Both the position numbers and the translations under genes were made by a program. Shown here in pieces: positions 1 to 9,504 of a stretch of 64,000 nt of DNA. The stretch is from Minisyncoccia bacterium. Its GTDB lineage: Bacteria > Patescibacteriota > Minisyncoccia > Phycocordibacterales > UBA9973. The notes beneath the pieces are model-generated. The model was not told the origin of the DNA, ran no database searches, and saw nothing but the letters and a program-made list of their open reading frames with translations. Every line of letters starts with the position of its first letter. Position 1 is the first letter of the stretch. The stretch covers positions 409,319 to 473,318 of the forward strand of contig CBFHKH010000001.1 in the NCBI GenBank assembly GCA_965656375.1. Reading direction: 5' to 3'.

Positions 1-500
1 ATAAGGCGATGGGAATATCGACTAATCCGGATGAAGGAAGCAAAGATATATTGAAGGTGACCACGTTTCCTACTCGAGTCTTCCCTGTCGGGCGCCTCGA
101 TAAAGATTCTCATGGGCTCATCCTCATGACAAATGATGGTCGTGTAACTGATCGACTCCTTTCACCTAAATATGTTCATGAGAAAGAATATGTTGTCCGT
201 GTAGAACCTGCATTTTCAGATAAATTCGTAGAACTTATGTCAGCGGGAGTAAAATTCGATGGCTTTGTAAGTAAAAAGTGTAAGGTATGGCGTAAGAACA
301 AGGACACATTTCACATAGTACTTACTGAGGGTAAAAAGCGACAGATTCGCCGCATGGCAGAAGCACTTCACCATAAGGTTATCGATTTACGCCGTATTCG
401 CATCATGAATATCAAGCTCGACAAACTCCCGTTTGGCGCATACACAGAAATCAAAGGTAAAGAACTCGATGAACTCTTGAAATCTCTCAAATTGAAATGA
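1..500 (+). CDS. Pseudouridine synthase, RsuA/RluB family (5'-truncated at window edge)
   Basis: Motif GRLDKDSHGLILMTNDG typical of the RsuA/RluB catalytic core; the ORF is open to the window start. Confidence 0.7.
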   Translation, partial: KAMGISTNPDEGSKDILKVTTFPTRVFPVGRLDKDSHGLILMTNDGRVTDRLLSPKYVHEKEYVVRVEPAFSDKFVELMSAGVKFDGFVSKKCKVWRKNKDTFHIVLTEGKKRQIRRMAEALHHKVIDLRRIRIMNIKLDKLPFGAYTEIKGKELDELLKSLKLK

Positions 501-501
501 A

Positions 502-535
502 AAAGCGAATCCAGAGGATTCGCTTTTTTGTTTTT
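502..535 (+). terminator. Rho-independent terminator
   Basis: 11-bp perfect stem aaagcgaatcc/ggattcgcttt with a 3-nt loop, followed by a T-run, immediately after the stop codon. Confidence 0.65.
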
Positions 536-544
536 AACATAATT

Positions 545-919
545 TTATTGCAAAGAAACAATCGTGGTTCCCTTCTTAATGAAGAGCGATTGTATACCGC
601 TCATTTTTGTTTCTCTCCATATTGCTTTTTTGTTTCCAAGCTTTATGATTTGATATAACGCAATTCTGGTCTGTCCGTTTTCCTTGTATATAAATACATT
701 TGGGTTCTTTATGCTTAAGCCAAATAACCCGGGAACCAGTGACATATCATCTTTTGCGCTTTTCATATCAGAATAATTGGAAAAAGGAGTTCCTGAGATA
801 GTATTCACAAGGTCTGTAACAGAGTGAATATCTTTTTCCAGAAATTCAATTTTTACGTAGTTTTGAGAAAAACAAAATAACGGCATTATGCAAAGAGCAA
901 GAATTAATAACTTTTTCAT
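545..919 (-). CDS. Hypothetical small secreted protein (N-terminal signal peptide)
   Basis: ORF with hydrophobic N-terminus MKKLLILALCIMPLFCFS; no recognisable domain. Confidence 0.45.
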   Translation of the reverse strand: MKKLLILALCIMPLFCFSQNYVKIEFLEKDIHSVTDLVNTISGTPFSNYSDMKSAKDDMSLVPGLFGLSIKNPNVFIYKENGQTRIALYQIIKLGNKKAIWRETKMSGIQSLFIKKGTTIVSLQ

Positions 920-1016
920 TTGTTAGGTAGTTTGGTTATAAATAGTGATTCTTATTGTATATTATACCATTTTAAACCTAAATAGTCAAACTCCTATACT
1001 ACAAATATTTGATAGT

Positions 1017-1047
1017 AAAAAACCCTCTCAATTGAGAGGGTTTTTTA
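1017..1047. terminator. Bidirectional terminator hairpin
   Basis: ccctctcaattgagaggg stem-loop flanked by an A-run and a T-run. Confidence 0.55.
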
Positions 1048-1057
1048 CTTGAGAAAC

Positions 1058-3967
1058 TTAGTTATTTATAAAAGCAAATTCAGTCTGATACATATGGGGT
1101 GGTAACAAAGCAATATTAGTTCCTCCGGTTGTAAGCATTCCATTCGTGAATGTTCTTATCTCACGAAGAGACACTCTATAATGGCTATTTTGAGCTGATG
1201 GAGTTATAAGGGTGACAGTAAGAGTGAAATGCTTTGTAGCCCCATCATCAAGACGATATCCATTCCCTTCGATTATTGCATTAGGTGACGTCAGCGTAGA
1301 AGAAGCGATACTTGTAGTGTCTGCGATTGCAGGATTCTGCGCCGTATTAAAGACATAGGCAAGCGCATTGGTTCCAGTCGGCGTAACAGCTAGCTCGACT
1401 GTTTGTCCTATGTATTTCGTCGCCCCGACAGATGAGACTGTCAGTGGAATACTGTATGTAACCTGGGTAACATTTCCATTATTTGTAACTGTACTAATAA
1501 TCGATGTACCCATAGCAACATTTACAACACTGGTATTAAAGTATTGCGTCTGTGAGTGAGCAAATCCTGCTCTTTGCGACGGAAGTAGTTGGTCGCCATT
1601 TTGATCTAGAACTGAGAAATTTGCCGGTGTTAGTACGCTCTCATTCGTGATACCAGATATGAGACTGAACCCACTTGGGTAATTGCCACCGAGCGCTTTT
1701 ATATCCACCGCTACAGTGAATGACACTGTCGTTCCAACAGGCACAATAGTATTCCATAGATTGCTAAAGATGAACCCACATGTACTTGTACAAGAAGGGT
1801 TGTTTGTAATGACCCCTCCAACTACATCATACCCCATTCCGCCATCCATAGAATCTATCAAATCATTGCCCCGATATAATTTTATTGTATTTATAAGTGA
1901 AGATATGTTGTATGGGCCAGTAGTTATCATCACAGGAATCTTGCGTAAATCAAGATCAGATTCTTCGGCAGTAACGGTAAATTTAAGAAGAGGGACATTC
2001 TGGGTGCTTGCGGTATTGCTGACGAGTGTAGTCCTACTTGGCGGGGTCGTCGGATCAGTAGCTACTATTACTCGAGCCAGGGCGATACTGAAATTTTGAT
2101 TAGACTGATCGAGTGGTCCATATGAAGGTCCCGATGTTGGATATATTCTGACTTTGAAATTATTGCCGTAGACCATTTGCGGCCATGTAGTTGTATTTGG
2201 CAACGATACAGTCTCTGCTCCATCATTGATAGTGGTTGCCAGATGTCGAACAAGATCAGGACTACCAGTACGCGACATCACGAGATCGATAGACATCTGG
2301 GTACTCGCTGGAATCAAGCATGTCCTCCAACTAACCGGCATCTCAACGGGAAGGAAGTGTTCCCCGCCGTTTGGTGAAAGTACATCTACGGCAGGAACGG
2401 TCGTTGAATCATCAGGATTGCAAAATGTAGGAGTGATTATTACTACGCATGGCTGACCAGTCGTAACGCTGAATCCTTGGCTTGTGACGCAGCCCTGAGG
2501 TACGTTCGGATAAACTATCGTCCAGTTACATGGCTGACCGGTTGTCATGCTATAGCCATTCGCTGAATTACAGCCTGCTATCCAAGTAACAGGATTGGTA
2601 CATGGTATGCCAGTCAATGGACTATATCCGAGGAATGGGGATACACATCCTGCGGGAGCTGTTACTCCCCCTAATATAAACGGCGCATCACTAAAATCTA
2701 TTGCTAAGGTGTTATTATTGTAATCTGCTACACGTATAATGATTTCATAAAGTCCTGGTGCATAATTAGATGGAATCGTGTAGGAAAAATTCGATCCACT
2801 CGGCCCTCCTACTGGAGCACCACCAACAGCAGTACCTCCGGCTGGATTCAGAGAATGTAAAGTAATCTCAGCTCCAATGTTCGGATCGATACCTGACGCG
2901 GTCCACGAAATATTTATTGTTTGCCCTGGTTGGTAAACTTCCCCGCCATTTGGAGAAGTGACAGTAATAGAAGGAGCAAGAGAGTTAATGCGAAATGTTG
3001 TATTAGATTCATCCCAAAGATCAGTCGTGTTGTCAGCTGCGAGAGCGCTCAAGCGTATCTTGTAATTTCCTGTTATTAAGCCAGAGTAGGCACTTGTAGG
3101 AATCGGAAAGGTTTCCTCTCCATCATTCGGAGTAGAAATCGTTGGAATATTAGGATCATCGGTAAAATATATTACTGTATTGTTATCTACATTAAAGAGC
3201 CCGATGATTGCATCGTGGTTTAATGGAACATCGCAGCTTGTCCATGTTACTGTCATCTGCTGGCCTGCAGTGTATACTTCGCCACCATTTGGAGAAATAA
3301 CAGTGATGCCTGGCGTATCAGTACTATCGCAACCAGTAGGGTTGTTTTGGGTTTGAATCGTAAAAAAATTATCTGAAAGATCCATTAAATTAGGATTGCC
3401 TCCTATTGCTATGTATATTTTATAGTAATTGCCAGATGCCAATGGATGTCCGCCTTGGTAACCAATGAGAGGAAGTGTCACTATTTCACTGCCATCATTA
3501 GGAGTGATGGTTATTTCATCCCTTTCATCTGTTAACGAAGAATAAAGGGCGATAAATGCAGTAGAGCTTGAAGAATATGCACTATTCCACCTAATTTCAA
3601 TCTGCTGTCCTGGCTGATAGATTTCTCCGCCGTTTGGAGAAAGTACAGTTACTGGAGGAGTTCCAGTTGAATCAAAGTCTGCAGAAGTAGCCGTGGTATT
3701 TTTTTCATCTTGAGGTTGCTGCTCTTCGAATTTCTGAGATTCTATCAAATCAGTCGTTGCGATAGATGCATCCTTTTCTGTAATGCTATCGATGTCTAGT
3801 CTTGCATCATTAATACTAGCTGTTACATCTTGCATTACTTCATTTTGCTCAGCTTTTGCACTACTCATCTCAGTTTTATATGAAAGGGATGTATCTGCCA
3901 AAACTGCAGAAGTCGACATTACAAACATGTTATAGACTATAAACGCCCCAAGAAGGATTTTTTTCAT
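1058..3967 (-). CDS. Large secreted repeat protein (969 aa) with four SPNGGE(V/I)Y..GQ repeats and three Cys-bounded G(Y/F)S.TTGQPC repeats
   Basis: Signal peptide MKKILLGAFIVYNMFVMSTSAVLA. Internal tandem ~100-aa repeats each contain SPNGGE; a Cys-rich triple repeat lies in the middle. Function unknown. Confidence 0.8.
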   Translation of the reverse strand: MKKILLGAFIVYNMFVMSTSAVLADTSLSYKTEMSSAKAEQNEVMQDVTASINDARLDIDSITEKDASIATTDLIESQKFEEQQPQDEKNTTATSADFDSTGTPPVTVLSPNGGEIYQPGQQIEIRWNSAYSSSSTAFIALYSSLTDERDEITITPNDGSEIVTLPLIGYQGGHPLASGNYYKIYIAIGGNPNLMDLSDNFFTIQTQNNPTGCDSTDTPGITVISPNGGEVYTAGQQMTVTWTSCDVPLNHDAIIGLFNVDNNTVIYFTDDPNIPTISTPNDGEETFPIPTSAYSGLITGNYKIRLSALAADNTTDLWDESNTTFRINSLAPSITVTSPNGGEVYQPGQTINISWTASGIDPNIGAEITLHSLNPAGGTAVGGAPVGGPSGSNFSYTIPSNYAPGLYEIIIRVADYNNNTLAIDFSDAPFILGGVTAPAGCVSPFLGYSPLTGIPCTNPVTWIAGCNSANGYSMTTGQPCNWTIVYPNVPQGCVTSQGFSVTTGQPCVVIITPTFCNPDDSTTVPAVDVLSPNGGEHFLPVEMPVSWRTCLIPASTQMSIDLVMSRTGSPDLVRHLATTINDGAETVSLPNTTTWPQMVYGNNFKVRIYPTSGPSYGPLDQSNQNFSIALARVIVATDPTTPPSRTTLVSNTASTQNVPLLKFTVTAEESDLDLRKIPVMITTGPYNISSLINTIKLYRGNDLIDSMDGGMGYDVVGGVITNNPSCTSTCGFIFSNLWNTIVPVGTTVSFTVAVDIKALGGNYPSGFSLISGITNESVLTPANFSVLDQNGDQLLPSQRAGFAHSQTQYFNTSVVNVAMGTSIISTVTNNGNVTQVTYSIPLTVSSVGATKYIGQTVELAVTPTGTNALAYVFNTAQNPAIADTTSIASSTLTSPNAIIEGNGYRLDDGATKHFTLTVTLITPSAQNSHYRVSLREIRTFTNGMLTTGGTNIALLPPHMYQTEFAFINN

Positions 3968-4031
3968 AAATCAATAATTTATTAATAGGCCTTTATCTTA
4001 CCATTTTTTAATCATTTTGTCAATAATAAAA

Positions 4032-4062
4032 ATACCCTGTATCAACAGAGTATTTTTATTTC
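4032..4062. terminator. Bidirectional terminator downstream of rpsR
   Basis: ataccctgtatcaacagagtat hairpin (8/9 bp) between an A-run and a T-run. Confidence 0.45.
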
Positions 4063-4262
4063 TATTTTGCGATATAAGGTAGAAGTCCCATGAAGCGAGC
4101 ACGCTTGATAGCTTCTGCAAGCTTACGCTGGTTCTTTGCAGTTACATCAGTGCGACGTCGAGCAAGCATACGAGCGCTCGGTGCAAGGAACTTTCGGAGC
4201 AATTCGACATCTTTATAGTCGATATGCTTTATATTGTTTGATGAGAAATAATCTTGTTTCAT
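4062..4262 (-). CDS. rpsR: 30S ribosomal protein S18
   Basis: [28 protein letters not shown] signature; conserved position after ssb. Confidence 0.9.
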   Translation of the reverse strand: MKQDYFSSNNIKHIDYKDVELLRKFLAPSARMLARRRTDVTAKNQRKLAEAIKRARFMGLLPYIAK

Positions 4263-4289
4263 AAATTCTAGTTAATAGTTAGTAATTCT

Positions 4290-4745
4290 TTAAAATGGAA
4301 TATCTTCAGCATTGATCTGTTCGTCTGGATATTCGATCGTATCGAGTGAATCATCTCCTGCCTGGGCAGGCAAGTCCTGCGGAGTAGTTCGAGGAGCGCT
4401 TGATCCCCCGCCCATACCACCACCGCCAAACTGAACTCGATCTGCGATAACTTCTGTACGATATTTCTTTGTACCAGTACCTGCATCATCCCAGGATCGT
4501 GTCTGCATGCGGCCTTCGATCATAACCTGCGAGCCCTTCTTCATATACTGGGCCACAGTCTCTGCCTGGCGACCGAATACAACGATATTGTGGTAATCCG
4601 CTGCTTCTTGCTTTGCACCGTTTTTATCTTTCCAGACACGGTTTGTCGCAATAGAGAAGCTGCATACCTTGATCCCTGAAGGAATCGCTTTGAGTTCCGG
4701 ATCACGGGTGAGGTTACCTATGAGCAATGCTTTGTTTAAATACAT
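4290..4745 (-). CDS. ssb: Single-stranded DNA-binding protein
   Basis: OB-fold N-terminus, Gly-rich linker and acidic C-terminal tail ending DIPF; rpsF-ssb-rpsR synteny. Confidence 0.9.
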   Translation of the reverse strand: MYLNKALLIGNLTRDPELKAIPSGIKVCSFSIATNRVWKDKNGAKQEAADYHNIVVFGRQAETVAQYMKKGSQVMIEGRMQTRSWDDAGTGTKKYRTEVIADRVQFGGGGMGGGSSAPRTTPQDLPAQAGDDSLDTIEYPDEQINAEDIPF

Positions 4746-4775
4746 AGTTTTGATGAGTTATGACTAATAGGTTTA

Positions 4776-5273
4776 TTATACTACAAGCGCATCGATCTCC
4801 TTGTCTATAACTTCCTCGTTGATTGGGCCAGCATCTTCACTCTTTTGTACTCGGCGCTTTGCTCCATCAGTCTTGCCATATGGGCGTTTTGAAGACATAG
4901 TATTCTCGCGAACAGTCTTGATCATAAGGTATCGAACAAGCTTTTCGTTCTTATCGAGCATATCTTTGATGATACGAGCGGCTTCTGTCGTACATTCAAA
5001 TTTTACCCAACCAAAGTACCCATACGAGAACTTCTGTTTTTTGTTTGCAATTGAACGAGTCATCTCGTATGCAAGCTCCATCATTTTTGGATATTCATCT
5101 GAGATGAATGTAACTCCCTGCTCTCCGAGCATATCCTTAAATGTTGTGACTTCACCGCCGAGATTCTCCTCAGCTACTGTCGGTACCATAATGTACCCTA
5201 CTTCATACACACTAACCTTTCCTCCTTTTTCCTCACCTACTACTTCTACACTTTCTTCTTTTGCTTTTGCCAT
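4776..5273 (-). CDS. rpsF: 30S ribosomal protein S6 (with N- and C-terminal extensions)
   Basis: YEVGYIMVP...LAYE... pattern of S6, and its position at the head of the rpsF-ssb-rpsR operon. Confidence 0.75.
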   Translation of the reverse strand: MAKAKEESVEVVGEEKGGKVSVYEVGYIMVPTVAEENLGGEVTTFKDMLGEQGVTFISDEYPKMMELAYEMTRSIANKKQKFSYGYFGWVKFECTTEAARIIKDMLDKNEKLVRYLMIKTVRENTMSSKRPYGKTDGAKRRVQKSEDAGPINEEVIDKEIDALVV

Positions 5274-5466
5274 AAAGATAGCTTTTAGCTATTAGCAGAC
5301 TAGCTACTAGCAACCAAATAATATTGTTAATTCATAATAAAGTCTTGCTATGGACCCAATTAGACCTTTTTGGGTGTACCGGCTTCAGGGCCGGGACAAA
5401 CAAGACCTGCCTGCGATAGCCAGGCGTGCGAATATACTAACAAAAATAAGGCTTTATGTCAAAATC

Positions 5467-8400
5467 TTACTGTCCTTGTTCCCCACCTGATGGGAGGGCT
5501 TCTTGGCCTCCAGTATCATCGCTTGATGAACCAGTGGTATCTTCAGTTGAACTTGTATCAGTAGTATTACTGTCTGTACTTTCTAGAGATCCGTCGGTAT
5601 TTCCGGTGTTTCCATTTTGAGCATCCCCAGTATCAGTATCTCCATTACCACCAGATCCACTGAAAGTAGTCTGCCCACCGAGAAGTTGTTCTAGTTGATC
5701 TCCTGTTATACAGATATCACTTCCATCTCCTTTCTTCACACAAAGTTCTTCAGTGTGAATTCTCTTTGCGAACAAGTTTTCAATACCGTTACTTATATCT
5801 GCCAAGAATTGTTTGACGAGCGAACCAAGTGAATTTGAATTTGTCGTATCGAGTGAGGAGAGGCCATTCACCTTAAGATTGAGTTCTTTGAGTGCTCCAA
5901 TAGCATATGGCATGAGCCCTCCCATACTCAGGAATTTCTTTTGTGTTCCATCAATCCACAAATGATCAGTCACCAAATCTGGGAATTGTTCGGCAACTTC
6001 TTGGGCAATGAAGCCATATTGAAGCGGCGATGTCGATCCTTCAGCAAGCCAGTGATATGAGACTGGATTGAGTGCTGAGATCTTTGTAAGAAGATCCGCA
6101 GTTGAGAGAGATGCAATATCTTTTTTGAGAGTACGGTCTGATCCACATGTCGGAGCGCCGGAGTTTGCGTTGAAATCACAGGTAGAGTTTGCATCTTCAA
6201 GTCTAAGGAGAGTGGTACCGTCGGTGATTAAAGAAGAACCTACATGAAGAGTGAAAGCAGGAGCAGCTTGAGCAATACCAATTTTACCAGAGGCTGTTGG
6301 CGCAATCGAAGGATTTCCTGATGTAGTTGCATAGGTACCCGTACCAAAAAGCACACCGCCGATATTGATAGCATTCGCCGTAGCATTAGGCAGTGAGATG
6401 TTTGTACCGATGATGATGTTGTTTGCTCCTACATCATTACCTGTAAACTGCGACCCCGTATTGAACCCAAAGAAATTTGAAAATGATCCACTTGCAGTAT
6501 TTTGACCTGCCTGTCTTCCAAAGAAGTTAGAGTTATTTGCGCTTGCGGCACTCCGTCCGGCATTGTTACCAAAGAAGTTTGAGTTTGCTGCACTCGTTGC
6601 TTGATACCCTGCAGAGTTACCAAAGAAATTGGACTGCGTCGCACTTCCCGCTGTATTACCAGAAGAGTTACCAAAGAAGTTAGAATTCGCGGCACCAGTT
6701 GCATTGAGTCCGGCCGAGCTTCCAAAGAAGTTTGAGTTATTAGCGCCACTTGCGCCATTACCTGCAGATGGACCGAGGAAATTGGATGTGTTCGCTCCTG
6801 TTGCTCCAAAGCCCGCTGATGGTCCCAGGAAGTTCGAGTTATTAGCACTTGTTGCGCCCTGTCCCGCCTGCCTGCCGATGAAATTTGATTGTGTCGAGCT
6901 TGTCGCATTGAGACCAGCATTGTCTCCGATGAACAGTCCGTAGTTTACGGTCGCATGAGTTGTGTTGTTACGTACAAGAGTATTACGAACAGTTGATGGA
7001 CTAAAGAATAAATCTGTACCATCGTACTCAAATGCACCAGCTTCTACTGCAGTGAGATTGGTCCCCGAAGTAAGCTTAAGAGGTGCGGTGTTTGCGGTAG
7101 CCGTGCCTGCTTTCAAATGCAAAACTGCTGTTGGAGAAGTTGGACCAATACCAAGATTGCCTCCGTTAAGAAGCGTCATGAGCTGCGTATTGTTTGCATT
7201 GTTATTAAACGCAATCGAAGTTGTACCACTAATGAACTGCGGTGAACCTGCAGCAACTCCAATACGGAGACCACCATTCGTGCCATTCATCACACTGAGA
7301 GTGCCATTCACATCAAGTGTATATCCAGGTGTTGTGTTATTGATTCCCACCCGGTTGTTTGCTCCGTCCCATGTCATAGTATTAAAGCTAGGACTTCCCC
7401 AAGTCCAAACATTCGTATTGCTCTGATAAAAGCTATAGTAATCCGACACAGTTCCCAAGCGGAGCGCATTGGTACCAATAATCTGGAGCTTTGTCGCTGG
7501 ACTTGTTGTCCCAATCCCTACATTTCCATCTGCTCGTATTGAGAGGCGATTTGATCCTCCGCTTTCGAAACGAGCAATATAGGAAGCAGTATCAGTTGCT
7601 GCTGTTTTGACTAACAAACCATTACGAACAGTAGTATTTGAATCTCTATTTTCAATAGCAGCTACATATCCTGCGCCTGAACTTGACCACGAAAGTGAAT
7701 CGAGCGTTGTGAGAAGTCCAAATCCGGACGAATCATATACGTTAGCATTGTAGTTAGTAAAATTTGCATATGGGTTTGTTGTATTAATACCTACCATGCC
7801 ATTGAGGGTAATCAGCTGATTCCCGACAGTTGCATTTTGCTGGATATAGATAGGACTCCCGTTTTGGTCGCCAGCGTAACTACCTCGATCGATTGAGTTT
7901 ATAAATACTTGGTCAGACGCAGTCCCGCTATACCATCCACCATATGATCCGATAAAGATGTTTCTATTTCCTGTTGTATTGTTTTCTCCAGCAAGATATC
8001 CAAGATAGCTGTTGTTGCTTCCAGATGATGTTGAATGACCAACATGGTACCCGATACCTGTGTTTGAAGAACCAGATGTCATATACCGAAGTGATGCGCC
8101 TCCGACAGATACATTGTAACTTCCTGTTGGACTCGTTGTAGTGTTACGCTGAGCATCTGCACCGACAGCGGTGTTGTAACTCCCGGTCGTATTGCCTGCA
8201 AGCGCAGAATTTCCAATTGCAGTATTGAATCCTCCGGAAGTATTTCCGCCAAGAGCTTGATATCCGACACCGACAATACCTGATGCAGTATTATTCCCGA
8301 GTGCAGACAATCCAACAGCAACATTGTAGTTGCCATTTGTCGTTACGAGAGATGATTTCATACCGATTGCGATATTTCCATAGCCACTCGTGAGAGCATT

Positions 8401-9414
8401 GAGTGCTGCATCACCAAGCGCGATGTTGTTTCCTCCGCCAGTAGCAGTTAAATTACCGGCATTCCTTCCAAGGAAAATATCGAGTCCAGTGATAAGACCT
8501 GAAGTGTAATAGGTAGGATCATCTCTTAGTATCAACATACTCTCACCAGTAGGAAGCTTCACATATTTACTCGTAGGTGTTACTCCGCTTGCAAGCGCTG
8601 GCAAAATGACACTTCCGTCTATCGTAATATCACCGACTACATGAAGCGCAGTTGCAGGAGTATTTGTACCGATACCAAGCCTGTTAGTCGCATTATCCCA
8701 GAATAGATTTGTATTATCCTCCTCGAGGCCGCTTGTACCTTGAAAAGGAACAGAGCCAAGAGTAAACGACGGATTAATAGTGCCCACAACTGTACCTATG
8801 ATATTACCCGTAATAGTGAGATCTCCTCCGACAGTTGCATCTCCTACTACAGAGAGGGTTTTTGTGTCAGTACGCTCGTACAGTCTATCCGCAAGATCAG
8901 TCACTTTATTGCTTGCAGAATCAAGAACAGTGAGAATCTGAATATCGAAAAGCTTCTTAGAAACAAATTGAGATGCATCGAAACTCCCTCCACTCCCTCC
9001 TCCTGATTGATAAACTGTGGTAGTCGGATATGTATTCGTAACATACGTGACTGGTGAAGATCCTGTCACATACACAGTCTTTTGTGATGACACAAGTGAT
9101 GGAGGTATTGATACTGATTTCTTAGAATTTGTAGGGCGAGGCGAGACGTGATTTATATCGAGAGTTGTAACATGTATCGGTATATAAAAAATAGATTCAA
9201 TCACGTTACTGAGTGGCTCGATAATACGAGTCATATATGTGTTCCAAATGGAATTGCCGAGATCAAGAACAGGATTTGAAGCAAAAGCGACGGTCGGAGA
9301 TAAAGCAATCAGTAAAAGGATGCTCGAAAGTAGTTTAGAAGATCGACGTTTAATTATATTTTGAAATTTACTTTTTACCATATGATAATTGGATAGAAAA
9401 CACCCAATATACAC
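5467..9414 (-). CDS. Giant secreted tail-fibre-like protein (1315 aa) with Gly/Asn-rich NSNFFG.SAG repeats, a C-terminal Peptidase_S74 intramolecular-chaperone domain and an acidic low-complexity tail
   Basis: Signal peptide. At least 10 tandem NSNF(F/L)G.(S/N)AG repeats. CGSDRTLKKDI...GFIAQEV...P.LV matches the endosialidase/tail-spike chaperone (S74) domain at about nt 5844-6160. Confidence 0.85.
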   Translation of the reverse strand: MYIGCFLSNYHMVKSKFQNIIKRRSSKLLSSILLLIALSPTVAFASNPVLDLGNSIWNTYMTRIIEPLSNVIESIFYIPIHVTTLDINHVSPRPTNSKKSVSIPPSLVSSQKTVYVTGSSPVTYVTNTYPTTTVYQSGGGSGGSFDASQFVSKKLFDIQILTVLDSASNKVTDLADRLYERTDTKTLSVVGDATVGGDLTITGNIIGTVVGTINPSFTLGSVPFQGTSGLEEDNTNLFWDNATNRLGIGTNTPATALHVVGDITIDGSVILPALASGVTPTSKYVKLPTGESMLILRDDPTYYTSGLITGLDIFLGRNAGNLTATGGGNNIALGDAALNALTSGYGNIAIGMKSSLVTTNGNYNVAVGLSALGNNTASGIVGVGYQALGGNTSGGFNTAIGNSALAGNTTGSYNTAVGADAQRNTTTSPTGSYNVSVGGASLRYMTSGSSNTGIGYHVGHSTSSGSNNSYLGYLAGENNTTGNRNIFIGSYGGWYSGTASDQVFINSIDRGSYAGDQNGSPIYIQQNATVGNQLITLNGMVGINTTNPYANFTNYNANVYDSSGFGLLTTLDSLSWSSSGAGYVAAIENRDSNTTVRNGLLVKTAATDTASYIARFESGGSNRLSIRADGNVGIGTTSPATKLQIIGTNALRLGTVSDYYSFYQSNTNVWTWGSPSFNTMTWDGANNRVGINNTTPGYTLDVNGTLSVMNGTNGGLRIGVAAGSPQFISGTTSIAFNNNANNTQLMTLLNGGNLGIGPTSPTAVLHLKAGTATANTAPLKLTSGTNLTAVEAGAFEYDGTDLFFSPSTVRNTLVRNNTTHATVNYGLFIGDNAGLNATSSTQSNFIGRQAGQGATSANNSNFLGPSAGFGATGANTSNFLGPSAGNGASGANNSNFFGSSAGLNATGAANSNFFGNSSGNTAGSATQSNFFGNSAGYQATSAANSNFFGNNAGRSAASANNSNFFGRQAGQNTASGSFSNFFGFNTGSQFTGNDVGANNIIIGTNISLPNATANAINIGGVLFGTGTYATTSGNPSIAPTASGKIGIAQAAPAFTLHVGSSLITDGTTLLRLEDANSTCDFNANSGAPTCGSDRTLKKDIASLSTADLLTKISALNPVSYHWLAEGSTSPLQYGFIAQEVAEQFPDLVTDHLWIDGTQKKFLSMGGLMPYAIGALKELNLKVNGLSSLDTTNSNSLGSLVKQFLADISNGIENLFAKRIHTEELCVKKGDGSDICITGDQLEQLLGGQTTFSGSGGNGDTDTGDAQNGNTGNTDGSLESTDSNTTDTSSTEDTTGSSSDDTGGQEALPSGGEQGQ

Positions 9415-9504
9415 CTATAGTATAGTATATTTCTCAGTAAAATAAAATCCAAGGAAGTGGAGAAAGCGTTATGTAACAATCCAAAAGTACCAAGCAGCTG
9501 CTAT

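Noticed and set aside
1368-2456. Several 60-140-aa plus-strand ORFs inside the 969-aa surface protein gene
   Set aside because: They are antisense to a long repeat-containing CDS, low-complexity and without start context. Judged spurious. The same judgement applies to the small ORFs inside the 5467-9414, ileS, argS, glyA and ABC-F genes.
5370-5450. GC-rich structured patch between the giant protein gene and rpsF, considered as a small RNA (SRP or tRNA fragment)
   Set aside because: It contains only two short GC hairpins (ccggc..gccgg, gcctg..caggc) with no conserved SRP or tRNA motifs. More likely it is the terminator/promoter spacer for the rpsF operon.
5467-9414. Prophage interpretation of the tail-fibre-like giant protein
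   Set aside because: No other phage structural, integrase or terminase genes are in the window. Its neighbours are ribosomal-protein and tRNA-synthetase genes. Interpreted as a host surface protein using a phage-type chaperone domain.
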